The notes under the pieces: generated by a model
What the model saw: only the letters and a program-made list of their open reading frames with translations
The model's database searches: none
Told to the model about the DNA's origin: nothing
Shown: positions 1-14,290 of the stretch, in pieces
Numbering within the stretch: the first letter of the stretch is position 1
Layout: each line of letters opens with the position of its first letter
Position numbers and translations under genes: made by a program
Assembly (NCBI GenBank): GCA_044344255.1
Contig: JBIJDH010000018.1
Coordinates: 64,001 to 128,000, forward strand
Reading direction: 5' to 3'
From: Myxococcota bacterium
Lineage (GTDB): Bacteria > Myxococcota_A > UBA796 > UBA2385
Length of the DNA: 64,000 bases

Positions 1-752
1 GGCTCCGGGCGGCGATTCGACTTTAAGCCGGAGTTAAGGCCGCTCGGGGGGTGAATTGTTCAGGTGGGGATAAGGGAGAGGAGCGCGCTCCCGCTCCACC
101 TTGGGATGGGTCAGGCATTGATCATGAAACGAGATCGATATCACCACGGGGACCTGCGGAGCGCGCTCCTGCAGGCCGCAGGGGAGTCCCTCCGCGATCA
201 GGGGGTGGCAGGCCTCTCGCTGCGGGAGGTGGCGCGTCGCGCCGGGGTGTCTCATGGGGCACCGGCGCACCACTTCCCGTCCAAAGCGGCGCTCCTGACC
301 GCCCTCGCCGCCGACAGCTACGGCAGGATGAGCCGGACGATCCAGGCCGAGATGGCGGCGAGGCCCCCCGCCTCCTGTCCGGCGGCCCTCGCGGCGATCG
401 GGCGGTCGTATGTGCGCTTCGCCGTGGCCGAGCCCGAGCGCTTTCATCTGATGTTTCAGATGGAGCTGCTCGATCGCGAGGACCCCACGCTCTGCGTGGC
501 CCAGGATCAGGCCTTTGAGCAGCTCCGGGGTGTGGTCCGGCGCTGTGTGGACGAGGGCCGCCTGGCGTTGGCTGACCTCGAGACCGTGGTGATCTCGGCG
601 TGGTCGCTCGTTCACGGCCTCGCGAGCCTCCACATCTGCGGTCGGCTCGCCGGTCGGGTGGAGACCGCCGACATTGAGGTCATCACCGATCGGGTCACCC
701 GCACCTTCGTGCGAGGGGTGCTCGGGCCCTACGCGGAGGTCCCCGCGCCGCC

Positions 753-3149
<2,397 letters not shown>

Positions 3150-3313
3150 GGCGGCTCCCGGCGGGGCTCTAACACCCCCCCGATCGGCGGAAGCGGAGCC
3201 CCGGAGAACGCCGGTCGACCCCGTGGACCGGACGCAGAGACGCCCGCGCAGGATGTCCCACGCGGGCGCTCAAGAGCGGGGGGCCGCCGGAGCGGCCGCC
3301 GGGCTCGGTTGGA

Positions 3314-4987
<1,674 letters not shown>

Positions 4988-5072
4988 GGGATCTCTCCTG
5001 CTGTTCAGTACCTGAGAAACGTTGAACGGCGGCCCGAGGGTGCGGCCACCGCTGGATCAATTCGGGGGAGCT

Positions 5073-5366
5073 TCAGCTCCGCTCGATGACGGCGAGGATG
5101 TCTTCTTCGCGGAGGATGATGTGGTCCTCCCCGTCGATCTTGACCTCGTCACCGGTGTACTTGCCGAAGAGCACGTTGTCGCCGGCCTTGACGCTGACCG
5201 GGCGGAGGGTGCCGTCCTTGCCGGGCTTGCCGTTGCCGACCGCGATGACGGTGGCCTCGAGCGGCTTCTCCTTGGCGGCTTCGGGGATGATCAGGCCGGA
5301 CGCGGTCCGGTGCTCGGCGTCTACGCGCTTGACGACGATCCGGTCGTACAGGGGACGGAACTTCAT
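5073..5366 (-). CDS. groS: Co-chaperonin GroES
   Basis: MKFRPLYDRIVVKR, SGLIIPEAAKEKP, ILREEDILAV; directly upstream of groEL. Confidence 0.99.
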   Translation of the reverse strand: MKFRPLYDRIVVKRVDAEHRTASGLIIPEAAKEKPLEATVIAVGNGKPGKDGTLRPVSVKAGDNVLFGKYTGDEVKIDGEDHIILREEDILAVIERS

Positions 5367-5548
5367 CTCGCACTCCAGTTGATGAGGGTGGGAAGAGCCG
5401 CTTCACGCGGCTGGTCGCAACACGGAGGGGGTCTACCGAGGGACGAAGCCACCTGGAGGATCCAGGGAGCCTGCCCAGCCCGACCGGCGCCCGCGGACAG
5501 CGCGCGGGCGCTGCCTGGACACCGGAGACCGTCCTCCGGACGGCCGAA

Positions 5549-5577
5549 GGGATAGGCACGGGGGAGGGGTGCGTCAA
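5549..5577 (-). promoter_or_regulatory. Candidate sigma70-type promoter for groESL
   Basis: Minus strand TTGACG (5577-5572), 17-bp spacer, TATCCC (5554-5549), about 180 bp upstream of the groES ATG. The -10 box is an imperfect match. Confidence 0.4.
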
Positions 5578-5693
5578 CGGGGACCATCAAATTTCAAGGG
5601 CCCCCGCCCGCGGCCCTCCGTAGCCCGGGGCGTGGCTCGGGGGTAGGTTCAAGCCCCCTCTTGCACCCGACGAACCCTCCGCCGTGGGTACCC

Positions 5694-7781
5694 ATGTCTG
5701 ATCCGAAGCCCCTGCTGACGGAGGCCGCGCGGGCCCACGCCGCCGGCCGCAGCGCCGAGGCGGAGCGCCTCGTCCGCCGGGCCCTCGCGCTGCGTCCAGG
5801 CCACCCGCCGGCGCTGCGCTCGCTGGGCGTGCTCGCCTTGGAGGGCGGCCGCTGGGCCGAGGCCGAGGCCTCCTTCTCCGCGGCCCTCGCGGCTGACCCG
5901 AACGCGCGCGCGCTCCAGGCCGACATCGGCATCGCCCAGCGAGAGCAGGGGCGGCTCCCCGAGGCGCTGCGCTCGCTGTCCGCCGCCGCCCGCGACCTCC
6001 CGAACAGCGCGCCGGTCCGGTACCACCTCGCGGTCACGCTGCGTCGGGCCGGCGCCCTCGACCTCGCCCTACAGGAGCTGCGCGCGCTCTCTGACCTCAG
6101 CCCCCTCGATCCGGAGCCCTGGGTGCTGATCGCCGAGGTCTCGCTGCTGCGCGGAGACGCCCGCGGCGCCGAGGCCGGCTATCGCCGCGCCCTGGCGCTC
6201 CGGCGCCCGCAGCCGGCGGTCTCCCGGTCCCTCGGGCAGCTCCTCGGTCAGCAAGGCCGCGCGGCCGAGGCGATCCCCGTCCTCGTCCAGGCCCTCCGGG
6301 AGAGCCCGACCGAGCTCAGCCTCTACAGCGCGCTGGTGGACGCCCTCTTCGTGCTGCCCGCCGCCACGCCGGAGCTCGAGCCCCTCCTCCTCGCGCTGCT
6401 CGAGCGCGACGACATCGACCACCAGCGCCTGGAGCGCGTGATCCGCGCGCTCCTGCCGGAGCCCTCCGCCTGGCCCGAGAGCCCGCTCGCCGTCGGCTGG
6501 CTGCGGCGCACCCTCGCCGCCGACCCCAGCCTCGAGCCGCGCCTGCGGGCCGAGCGCGGCCGCCTGCTGGGGCTGGCCGAGCGTGAAGAGCCCGTCCCCA
6601 TCGACTGGATCGAGGCCCTCGCCCTCCAGTCCTGGTACACCGAGCACGCGGGCCGCGCCGCGCCCGGGGAGCGAGAGCGGGCTCGAGCCCTCTCCGAGCG
6701 CGCCGACCCCGCCGCGCTCGCCGCCTTCGCCCTGTTCTTCCCCTTGGACGAGCTGCCGGAGCTGCGCCGCCGGGGCCTGCTGCGCCCCGGGTGGGAGCAG
6801 CGCCCGCTCGCCCGCCTCGTCCGGCGCTCCCTCGTCGAGCCGGCGGAGGAGGAGCGGCTGGCCCGCGGCCTGCCCGCGCTGTTCCCCGTCTCTGACCCCA
6901 CCTCCGTCGCCGTGCAAGCCCAGTACGAGGCGCACCCCTACCCGCGCCTCGTCGGCCTCCATCGCCCCGCGCCCACCCGCCTCTCGGCCTGGCTCGGGGA
7001 GCTCTTCCCGACGAAGGGCCCCTGGGAGGGCCTCGACGTGGAGCCCGTCTCGGTGCTGGTCGCCGGCTGCGGCACCGGCCAGCAGCCGATCTCCGTCGCC
7101 CGCCGCCTCCCGGGGGCCCGAGTGCTCGGCGTCGACCTCAGTCGCCGCAGCCTCGGTCGGGCGGCCCGCCTCGCCCGGGAGGCGGCGGTGACCAACACCC
7201 GCTTCGCGGTGGCCGACCTCCAAGACCTCGGCGTGCTCCCCGAGCGCTTCTCCTTCATCGACTGTGTGGGTGTGCTCCACCACCTCGCGGACCCTGCGCG
7301 CGGCCTCGCCGTCCTCCGCAAGCTGCTGCGCCCCGGCGGCGTGCTCCGCCTCGGCCTCTACAGCGAGCGGGCCCGCGCCGAGGTCGTGGCCGCCCGCGCC
7401 CTCATCGCCGAGCGGGGCTGGCTGCCGGACGACGACGGCCTCGATCGCATGCGCGCCGCCGCGCTGGACGCGCCCGAGGAGAGCCCGCTCGCCCCCCTCC
7501 GCCGCTCGATCGACCTCTGGACCCGCACCGGGCTGCGCGACCTCGTGTTCCACCCCTGCGAGCACCGCTTCACGCCGCTGGGCCTCGAGGCGCTCCTCGA
7601 GGGCGCCAGCCTGGAGCTCCTGGGGTTTCAGGCGCTCGATCCCACCTTGCTCCCTCGCTATCGGTCCGCCAACCCGCAGGACCCCGGCGCCACCGACCTC
7701 ACCGGCTGGGAGGCCTTCGAGGCCCAGCACCCGCGCAGCTTCGCCGGGATGTTCCTCCTCTGGTGCCGGCCGCGGGGCTGA
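5694..7781 (+). CDS. TPR-repeat protein with C-terminal class I SAM-dependent methyltransferase
   Basis: N-terminal TPR-like helical repeats; QYEAHPYPR, VLVAGCGTGQ, GVDLS, CVGVLHHL, LRPGG. ATG at 5694. Confidence 0.85.
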   Translation: MSDPKPLLTEAARAHAAGRSAEAERLVRRALALRPGHPPALRSLGVLALEGGRWAEAEASFSAALAADPNARALQADIGIAQREQGRLPEALRSLSAAARDLPNSAPVRYHLAVTLRRAGALDLALQELRALSDLSPLDPEPWVLIAEVSLLRGDARGAEAGYRRALALRRPQPAVSRSLGQLLGQQGRAAEAIPVLVQALRESPTELSLYSALVDALFVLPAATPELEPLLLALLERDDIDHQRLERVIRALLPEPSAWPESPLAVGWLRRTLAADPSLEPRLRAERGRLLGLAEREEPVPIDWIEALALQSWYTEHAGRAAPGERERARALSERADPAALAAFALFFPLDELPELRRRGLLRPGWEQRPLARLVRRSLVEPAEEERLARGLPALFPVSDPTSVAVQAQYEAHPYPRLVGLHRPAPTRLSAWLGELFPTKGPWEGLDVEPVSVLVAGCGTGQQPISVARRLPGARVLGVDLSRRSLGRAARLAREAAVTNTRFAVADLQDLGVLPERFSFIDCVGVLHHLADPARGLAVLRKLLRPGGVLRLGLYSERARAEVVAARALIAERGWLPDDDGLDRMRAAALDAPEESPLAPLRRSIDLWTRTGLRDLVFHPCEHRFTPLGLEALLEGASLELLGFQALDPTLLPRYRSANPQDPGATDLTGWEAFEAQHPRSFAGMFLLWCRPRG

Positions 7782-7811
7782 GGGCGCTCGTTCGCAGGCG
7801 CCGCGCCCCGA

Positions 7812-9209
7812 TCAGCCCCCGCCGCCGGGCGGGAGGATGGCGCCGTCTTCGGTGATCGTGACGGCGGTGCCCGGGAAGTCCTGCACCGACAGATCTCGGA
7901 TCGAGAGGATCGCGCGCTTCTCTGGGTCTTTGGCGGGGACTCCTCCGCCGAGCTGCTGGGTGGGCAGCACCCGGCCGCCCTTGAAGCGCCCGTCCGCGGC
8001 GAGGGTGGCCTCGACCACCGCGCCGACGCCCGAGGCCCCCTTGAGCGAGAATCGGCCGTAGGTGGCGAAGTTGCCCATCGAGTAGACGATGAGGCGGTCC
8101 TTGTACATCTCCATGCCGCGCAGGACATGGGGGCCATGGCCGAGCACGAGGTCGGCCCCGGCGTCGATCACCGCGTGCGTGAAGGCGCGCAGGTCGCCGC
8201 GGTCCTCTCCGTAGAAGATCTCATTGGTCTGAGGGACATGAGTGGCCTTCCCACCCTCCGCGCCGCCGTGGAAGCTCACGATGACGAGGTCGTTCTCCGC
8301 AGCGACGGCCCTCACGATGGCGCCGGCCTGCTCGTGATCATTGACGAAGTGGCTGTTACGGTTGGTGTGAAAGCCGATCATCGCGACCTTCACGCCGTTG
8401 ACGGTGGTGGTGGCGATGTCACCGGGGCGCCCGGAGTGGCGGATGCCCACCGCGTCGAGCGCTTGCTCGGTGGCCAGTCGGCACTCGTAGCCGAAGTCGG
8501 AGGCGTGGTTGTTGGCCGTGCTCACGAGGTCGAAGCCGGCCGCCTGGTAGATCTTGGCGTACCGACTCGGCGACCGGAAGGCGTAGCAGCTCGACGGCGG
8601 CGCGTCGGGCTTACACTTGTTGGTCTCGCCGATGTCGCAGAGCGGCCCCTCCATGTTGCCGAAGGTGAGGTCTGCGTCGCGCAGCCAGTCGCTCACGTCG
8701 TTGAAGGTGCCGACGGCGTCGTCGGCCTGTAGGGCGCCCTCGGGGAAGGTGGTGCCGATCATCAGATCGCCCACGGCGCGGATGCGCACAGACGCCCCCT
8801 TCGGGGCCTGGCTGACGTAGGGCGTGGCGTGGGCGGCCTTGTCGAGGAGCTGCGCCAGCGCCTTGTTGTCCCTCGCTTGGGGTAGGAACTCGCTCAGCCC
8901 CTCGCGGCTGGGCTGGGCCTTCTGCACCGCCTCCCAGTGTTCGACGGTGTGCTTCCAGTCGGCGCGGGCCCAATAGGCCCAGCCGAGCTCCCAGTGGCAG
9001 TTGACGGCGTCGGCCGAGCCTGCGGGCGCGGCCTTCACGCAGCGGCTGAACGCGGCGATCGCCTGGCCGATGTTCTTCGCCTGCAAGGCCGCCACGCCCG
9101 CCTCGTAGTTGGGGTCAGCGGCGAGGGCCGGGGAGAGGGCTCCGGTGAGCGCGGCGGCGGCGAACAGCAGCGCAGGCAGGCGGAGATCGGAGCGGCGAGG
9201 CGGTCGCAT
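7812..9209 (-). CDS. CapA/PGA_cap family metallophosphatase with signal peptide and N-terminal TPR-like region
   Basis: VGDLMIG, GNMEGP, ANNH, SFHGG, GHGPH, YSMGNF. Start taken at ATG 9209, ahead of the signal peptide; the track ORF extension overlaps the GGDEF gene. Confidence 0.88.
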   Translation of the reverse strand: MRPPRRSDLRLPALLFAAAALTGALSPALAADPNYEAGVAALQAKNIGQAIAAFSRCVKAAPAGSADAVNCHWELGWAYWARADWKHTVEHWEAVQKAQPSREGLSEFLPQARDNKALAQLLDKAAHATPYVSQAPKGASVRIRAVGDLMIGTTFPEGALQADDAVGTFNDVSDWLRDADLTFGNMEGPLCDIGETNKCKPDAPPSSCYAFRSPSRYAKIYQAAGFDLVSTANNHASDFGYECRLATEQALDAVGIRHSGRPGDIATTTVNGVKVAMIGFHTNRNSHFVNDHEQAGAIVRAVAAENDLVIVSFHGGAEGGKATHVPQTNEIFYGEDRGDLRAFTHAVIDAGADLVLGHGPHVLRGMEMYKDRLIVYSMGNFATYGRFSLKGASGVGAVVEATLAADGRFKGGRVLPTQQLGGGVPAKDPEKRAILSIRDLSVQDFPGTAVTITEDGAILPPGGGG

Positions 9210-9235
9210 CAAGGTCCTCGGGGGAGCCCCGGGGG

Positions 9236-10036
9236 CTAACCTGGACCCCTGACGCTGGGTGGGTGCTGGGGCGGATCCAGCTCCAGCGTCGGATCTTCCA
9301 TGGAGGGATCGTCGCTGCCGAAGCGCGGCGCCGCACGTGCGCAGTCTCGGCCCTCCGCCTTGGCCCTGTACAAGGCCTGATCGGCCCGCTCGACCATCAA
9401 GTGCGTCGGCAACGCCCGGGAGGTGCTGGCGGAGCCGATGGAGACGGTCAAGTTGCCCCTGGAGGACTCGCGGAGGGTGGTGATCAGCCGTTCGGCGAGG
9501 CCGCGGGCCTCTTCGGCGTCGCAGGCGGGGGCGATGATGGCGAACTCGTCGCCGCCGATCCTCGTCAGCGTGTCGCTGTGGCGCGCGCAACATTTGAGCG
9601 CCTGAGCGACCGTTCGCAGCGCGGCGTCGCCGGCCGGGTGACCGCCCTCGTCGTTGATTCGCTTGAGGTGGTCTACGTCGAGGATGAAGAGCGACAGCGA
9701 GCTCTGGACCCGCTCCAATCGTTCGAGCTCAGCGGCGAGGCGGGCATCGAAGAGCCGCCGATTTCCGAGCGCGGTGAGAGGGTCAGACGTGGAGTACGAG
9801 CGGAGGAGGTCCGTTCTCCGCCCGAGGAGCCAGCCGGGGACGCAGAGCGCCACCGCGGTCGAGGCGAAGAGGTACACCCAGAGGGCGACGTCGGCGCGGA
9901 GGGTCTCCTCCAGCCAGGCGAGCGAGGCCGGGCCTCTCCCTTGGAGGAGGCGCACCACGAGGAGCCCGGCGGGTGCGCCCGCGGCTAGCGCCAGGCCCCA
10001 TAGGGGATAGGCAAGCTCCTTTCGAAGGTGGGACAT
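9236..10036 (-). CDS. Membrane-anchored diguanylate cyclase (GGDEF)
   Basis: Two hydrophobic segments, then DPLTALGNRR, LDVDHLKRIND, RIGGDEF, ADQALYRAKAEGRD. Confidence 0.93.
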   Translation of the reverse strand: MSHLRKELAYPLWGLALAAGAPAGLLVVRLLQGRGPASLAWLEETLRADVALWVYLFASTAVALCVPGWLLGRRTDLLRSYSTSDPLTALGNRRLFDARLAAELERLERVQSSLSLFILDVDHLKRINDEGGHPAGDAALRTVAQALKCCARHSDTLTRIGGDEFAIIAPACDAEEARGLAERLITTLRESSRGNLTVSIGSASTSRALPTHLMVERADQALYRAKAEGRDCARAAPRFGSDDPSMEDPTLELDPPQHPPSVRGPG

Positions 10037-10191
10037 GTTCGGTGAATACCGCGAGGCTCCCGGAGCTTCCACCGCGGGACACCGCGTTGACACTTTCTTG
10101 GTACTTGCTCAATTAGCCGGACCCCCTCTCCTCGCTCCTGTCCTGGATGCGCGGTGGTCTGGTACGGTTCGCCCTCCCCTGGGGCGGATCT

Positions 10192-10878
10192 TCAGCGAGC
10201 CCGCCCCCGGCCGCGCGTGGCCTGGCCGACCACCCAGGAGACCAGCAGCCCGCCCAGCCAACCGAAGAAGTGGCCCTCCCAGGAGATCCCCTGTTTCGCC
10301 ACCGCGGGGGTCGCGCTCGACAGCATGCCGCCAAACAGCGCCGTGACGGCGGCGCTCAACAGGACCGCGCCGGGGCGCCGCTCGAAGAAGCCGCGCCCCA
10401 TCAGGAAGCCGAGGAAGCCGAAGACCACGCCGCTCGCGCCGATGTGGACGGTGCCCGGGCGCCCGGAGACCCAGGTGCCGAGCCCGGCCACGAGGGCGCT
10501 GGTGAGGAACACGTACCAGAAGTCAGCCCGCTGTCGAGACGTGGACAGAAAGCCAAGGATACAGAACATCACCGTGTTCGACGCGAGGTGGGCGATCCCG
10601 CCGTGCAGGAAGGGCGCCAGCGGGATCCCGGCGAGCCCCAGCAGGGTGCGGGGCTCGATCCCGTATCGATCGAATCCGCCTCGGAAGAAGCCGAGATCAA
10701 TGAGCTCGATCGCCCACAAGAGTACGGTGACCTGGCCGAGGAGTGAGACGCGCGACCGTGTCCCCTCCACGAGGCCCCGAAGGGGGGAGCCAGCCCTCGC
10801 GGCGCCTCTCGGCGCGGGCCGGGAGGAGGGCTGCGGCGCGGGGGCGCGGGAGGCGGGGGATCGGGTGGAGCGGGCCAC
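10192..10878 (-). CDS. Rhomboid family intramembrane serine protease
   Basis: PFLHGGIAHLASN, catalytic IGASG, SWEGHFFG; multiple TM segments. Confidence 0.93.
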   Translation of the reverse strand: MARSTRSPASRAPAPQPSSRPAPRGAARAGSPLRGLVEGTRSRVSLLGQVTVLLWAIELIDLGFFRGGFDRYGIEPRTLLGLAGIPLAPFLHGGIAHLASNTVMFCILGFLSTSRQRADFWYVFLTSALVAGLGTWVSGRPGTVHIGASGVVFGFLGFLMGRGFFERRPGAVLLSAAVTALFGGMLSSATPAVAKQGISWEGHFFGWLGGLLVSWVVGQATRGRGRAR

Positions 10879-10920
10879 GCCCGCAGGTATCGCGGCGCCC
10901 GCCGGCTGGGCACGCTCCGC

Positions 10921-11907
10921 TCAGCCCGAACGACGTGCCGTGGGGGGGCCCGCCCAGGCCGCGGCGCGGGCCCAGGCTCGATGCAGCTCATCGGCGTGGA
11001 AGGCGCACCAGTAGTAGCTCATCGTGATCCAGGAGAAGGGTCCGAGCTCGAGCAGCACCCAGAGGCTGAGGTGGAAGACCACCCCGAGGGCGATGTAGAG
11101 GGAGCGCAGGTCGAGGCGGTTGAAGGTGGCCCGCAGCCAGCCAGCGCGCTCGCGGGTAGCCCGGTACCAGAAGGCGAGGAGCACGATCGGCCAGCTCACC
11201 TCCCAGTGCCAGGCCACCGCCGTGCCCACCTGGGTGAGGGGGAAGACCCAGCCCACCCAGCCGACGCTCCAGCGGCGCCAGCTCGGCAGCAGCAGGGCGT
11301 CGTAGAGGGCCTCGTAGTGGCCCCACGGGAACCACTCGCTGCCCACCTTCTGGATCCCGGTGAAGCCGTAGACCAGGGCGAGCTGAAATACGGCGAGGTA
11401 GCGGGGCCAGGTGGGGACAGGCAGGCGGTCTGTCCATCGGCCGCTGCGGAGCCGACAGTCGAGGGAGAGGGTCTGTGTCGCCGGGGAGAGGAACAGCAGC
11501 CAGAGGGCGTTGGTGATGAGCTTGTCGTGCCCGCCGCCGGTGCCCTGATCGAGGCTGAAGAGGGCGTTGCAGACCTGGAGCGTGAACAGGGCGGGCCAGC
11601 GCCCGAGCAGCCCCAGCGCCACCGTGGCCCCGCCGAGGATCGCCGTGGCGACGAGGCCGTGTACGACTTCAGCGGTGGCGCCGCCGAGCAGCGAGATGAG
11701 CCAGTGGCCCTCCGAGGGGTCGCGCACGCCGCCGTCGGCCACGCGCGTCCAGACGGGGGCAACGGCGTCGAGGCGGAGCGCGCTCGCGAAGGTGACCGTG
11801 ATCACGAGGCCCACGCTCAGCCGAAAGAGGGCGAGCGGGGTGGCGGGCTCCTCGGTGGCGAGGCGCCGGCAGAGGCGCGTCCAGGCGCCTGCGTGGGGGG
11901 CGCTCAT
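10921..11907 (-). CDS. HTTM domain-containing membrane protein
   Basis: Multi-TM; LALFR, SLDCRL, QLALVYGFTGIQK, GVVFHLSLWVLLELGPFSW resemble the HTTM/SdpB family. Start ATG 11907 overlaps the upstream stop (ATGA). Confidence 0.75.
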   Translation of the reverse strand: MSAPHAGAWTRLCRRLATEEPATPLALFRLSVGLVITVTFASALRLDAVAPVWTRVADGGVRDPSEGHWLISLLGGATAEVVHGLVATAILGGATVALGLLGRWPALFTLQVCNALFSLDQGTGGGHDKLITNALWLLFLSPATQTLSLDCRLRSGRWTDRLPVPTWPRYLAVFQLALVYGFTGIQKVGSEWFPWGHYEALYDALLLPSWRRWSVGWVGWVFPLTQVGTAVAWHWEVSWPIVLLAFWYRATRERAGWLRATFNRLDLRSLYIALGVVFHLSLWVLLELGPFSWITMSYYWCAFHADELHRAWARAAAWAGPPTARRSG

Positions 11908-12626
11908 CGGTCGGCCTGGCCGCGGAGGCGGTCGAGGCTCCGCTCTTCGGGCCAATAGACCGCGTCCTCGCGCAGCGCCCCGGTCGCGCGCAGCTCGGCG
12001 GGCGGCGGGATGCGCATCGACACCATCTGCGCCTTGAGGGCGGTGGCCTCGGGGAAGTCGGCCGCCGCGGCCCCGGCGAGCCAATCGACCCACGGACCCC
12101 AGCCGGAGTGGCCGCGCCGCCAGGAGAAGTTGTTAACCAGCGTGCGGATTCGCTCTTCATCGAGCTGCCGGGCCCGCCAGTCGAGCTCGGGGTCGCGTGA
12201 GCGGTAGATGAGGCGCCAGCCGTCGGCCGACGGGGGATCGGAGCTCTGTCCACCGACTGCTCCGCGGACGTAGACCTCAAGGCGGCCCGGGTGGAGGTTG
12301 GCGATGCCGAACATCGTCCAGCCCTGCTCGACCCCCGCGATGCGCTCGTAGGGGCGGAAGGGGGAGAGGAGCGTCCGTCGCACCGCCTGGAGTGACCTCG
12401 CGTGTTGATAGACCGACTCGCTGAGGGCCTCGACGGAGGTGGGTTGGCCGAGCGCCCCGAGCACGCGGGCGCCGGCCTCCATCGTCTCGACCAGGCTCGG
12501 CTTGCGCAGCCCCTTCCGGGTGACCTCTCCGGGCGAGGGCACCGCCAGGAGCGTGACCGCGGCCACGTGGAAGAGCACGAAGGCCGCGTGCAGGTGGTCG
12601 CGGAGCCGGAGGGGCGGGGGGGACAT
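11904..12626 (-). CDS. Hypothetical membrane-anchored protein, HTTM partner (SdpA/DUF5819-like)
   Basis: N-terminal TM with His (VLFHVAAV), QGWTMF motif typical of HTTM partners; translationally coupled to the HTTM gene. Confidence 0.6.
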   Translation of the reverse strand: MSPPPLRLRDHLHAAFVLFHVAAVTLLAVPSPGEVTRKGLRKPSLVETMEAGARVLGALGQPTSVEALSESVYQHARSLQAVRRTLLSPFRPYERIAGVEQGWTMFGIANLHPGRLEVYVRGAVGGQSSDPPSADGWRLIYRSRDPELDWRARQLDEERIRTLVNNFSWRRGHSGWGPWVDWLAGAAAADFPEATALKAQMVSMRIPPPAELRATGALREDAVYWPEERSLDRLRGQADR

Positions 12627-12686
12627 GGTCGGTGGCTTAACGCTGACCCGCCTCCCTCGCCGCGCCGGTGGCCCGCGGGGCCGTCG

Positions 12687-14171
12687 TCAGGGGGCCTTGC
12701 TCTTCCCCTTTTGGCTCGGTGCTTTCCCTCGGGCCTCGAGGGGCACGTCGACCAGGACCTGCCCGCCCCGGCGCTGCACCACGAGGAGGGCGCCCTCTCC
12801 CGCGCCGCGGAGGGCGGCGCTCAGGTCTGCGGCGGAGGAGACGTCCTTCTGGTTGACCTCGAGGATGACGTCGCCGGGGCGGAGGAGGCCGGCGGCGGCG
12901 CTGCCCGTCTCGACGCTCGTCACGAGCAGGCCACCGCCGCGCGCCTCGCCGACCGACCGCACGGAGATGCCGAGCTCACGGCCCTCCTGGGGGGTCTTGT
13001 CCTCGGGTTGCTCCGGCGCGGTCCGCCAGCTCTCGCTCGCGAGGGCCTCCTCTTCGGGGCGCTGGCCAAGCTGGACGGAGACGTCCTTCGCCTTGCCTTC
13101 GCGGAGGAGCCCGAGCTTGACGGTCTCCCCGGGGCGGTGACCGCCGATCGCCCGCACGAGGGCGTCGCTCTCGGTGACGGGCTGGCCGTCGATGCTGGTG
13201 AGGACGTCGCCCGCTCGGAGGCCGGCGTCGGCGGCGGGGGTCTTCGGATAGACCTGCTGGAGCACCACGCCCTTGTCAATGTCGAGCTGGAGGCGGCGCT
13301 TGAGGTCAGGGTCGAGGTTCGTGAGGCCCACCCCGATCCAGCCCCGGTTGACCTTGCCGTCCGATTGAAGGGCATCGACGATGTCCTTCACCATGTCGAT
13401 CGGCACTGCGAAGCCGATACCCTGTCCGACCGAGCTCACCGCCGTGTTCATCCCCACCACCTCTCCGTCCAGGTTGAACAGGGGGCCGCCCGAGTTCCCG
13501 GGGTTGATGCTGGCGTCGGTCTGGATGAAGTCGTCGTAGGGGCCAGCGCCGATCACCCGGCCCTTGGCGGAGACGATCCCGGCAGTGACGGTGTGATCGA
13601 GGCCGAATGGATTGCCGATGGCTACGACCCAGTCGCCCACCCGGAGGTCCTTCGAAGAGCCGAGGGGCACGGTGGGCAGGCCCTTGGTGTCGATCTTGAC
13701 GAGGGCGATGTCGGTGCGGTCGTCCTTCCCGATGACCTTGCCATCGAAGCTGCGGCCGTCGCTGAGCTTGACCGTGACCTCGTCGGCGTCGGCGATCACG
13801 TGGTTGTTGGTGATGATGTTGCCGTCGCTCGAGATGATGAAGCCCGAGCCGAGGCCCTGTCGGGTCTGATAGCCCTGCTCGTCTTCCTCACCACCGTAGG
13901 GGTGACCCGGCGCGCCGGGGAAGCCGAAGCCGAAGGGGGACATCTGTCGGCGATCTACCTTGACCTTCTGCTTGATCTCAAGGTTCACCACCGCCGGGCC
14001 CAGCCGGTCGACCAGGGGGGCGAGGCTGTGGTTCGGGTCATAGGTCGTCGGGGACAGGGGCGCGGCCTCACCGGCGTGCGCGCGGCTGCTCCACACGTCG
14101 GAGACCGCGAGGAGGCCCCCGCCGAGGGCCACCCCGGTGAAGAGGACGGCGACTGACTTGAGAGAGGACAT
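12687..14171 (-). CDS. Do/DegP (HtrA) family periplasmic serine endoprotease with two PDZ domains
   Basis: GSGFII, TNNHVI, DIALVK, DASINPGNSGGPL; two PDZ-like regions; signal peptide. Confidence 0.96.
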   Translation of the reverse strand: MSSLKSVAVLFTGVALGGGLLAVSDVWSSRAHAGEAAPLSPTTYDPNHSLAPLVDRLGPAVVNLEIKQKVKVDRRQMSPFGFGFPGAPGHPYGGEEDEQGYQTRQGLGSGFIISSDGNIITNNHVIADADEVTVKLSDGRSFDGKVIGKDDRTDIALVKIDTKGLPTVPLGSSKDLRVGDWVVAIGNPFGLDHTVTAGIVSAKGRVIGAGPYDDFIQTDASINPGNSGGPLFNLDGEVVGMNTAVSSVGQGIGFAVPIDMVKDIVDALQSDGKVNRGWIGVGLTNLDPDLKRRLQLDIDKGVVLQQVYPKTPAADAGLRAGDVLTSIDGQPVTESDALVRAIGGHRPGETVKLGLLREGKAKDVSVQLGQRPEEEALASESWRTAPEQPEDKTPQEGRELGISVRSVGEARGGGLLVTSVETGSAAAGLLRPGDVILEVNQKDVSSAADLSAALRGAGEGALLVVQRRGGQVLVDVPLEARGKAPSQKGKSKAP

Positions 14172-14290
14172 GAGCTTCGATCACCTCTTGGCGACGGGCG
14201 CGGGGATGGGCGGACACGGTCCAGCCGAGGTACCCACCCGCCGACCGCGCGGCGGGGAGCGCCCCTCGGCTCCACCCTCCCCCAACACAG

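Noticed and set aside
5367..5394. CIRCE-like inverted repeat (ctcgcactc..gggtgggaa) just before groES
   Set aside because: The spacer would be 10 rather than 9 bp and the right arm matches only 6/9 of GAGTGCTAA; the left arm is simply the complement of the SD region.
5578..5600. Sigma32-like CTTGAA..CCCC on the minus strand upstream of groES
   Set aside because: The spacer is only about 10 bp and the -10 lacks the CCCCAT ending.
7812..9209. Poly-gamma-glutamate capsule synthesis locus
   Set aside because: Only a CapA-family domain is present; no capB or capC in the window.
10192..10878. Rhomboid as the sortase for the CTERM-tagged proteins
   Set aside because: Rhombosortases act on GlyGly-CTERM tails, whereas the tails here are Cys-containing MYXO-CTERM-like, and this rhomboid looks like a generic family member.
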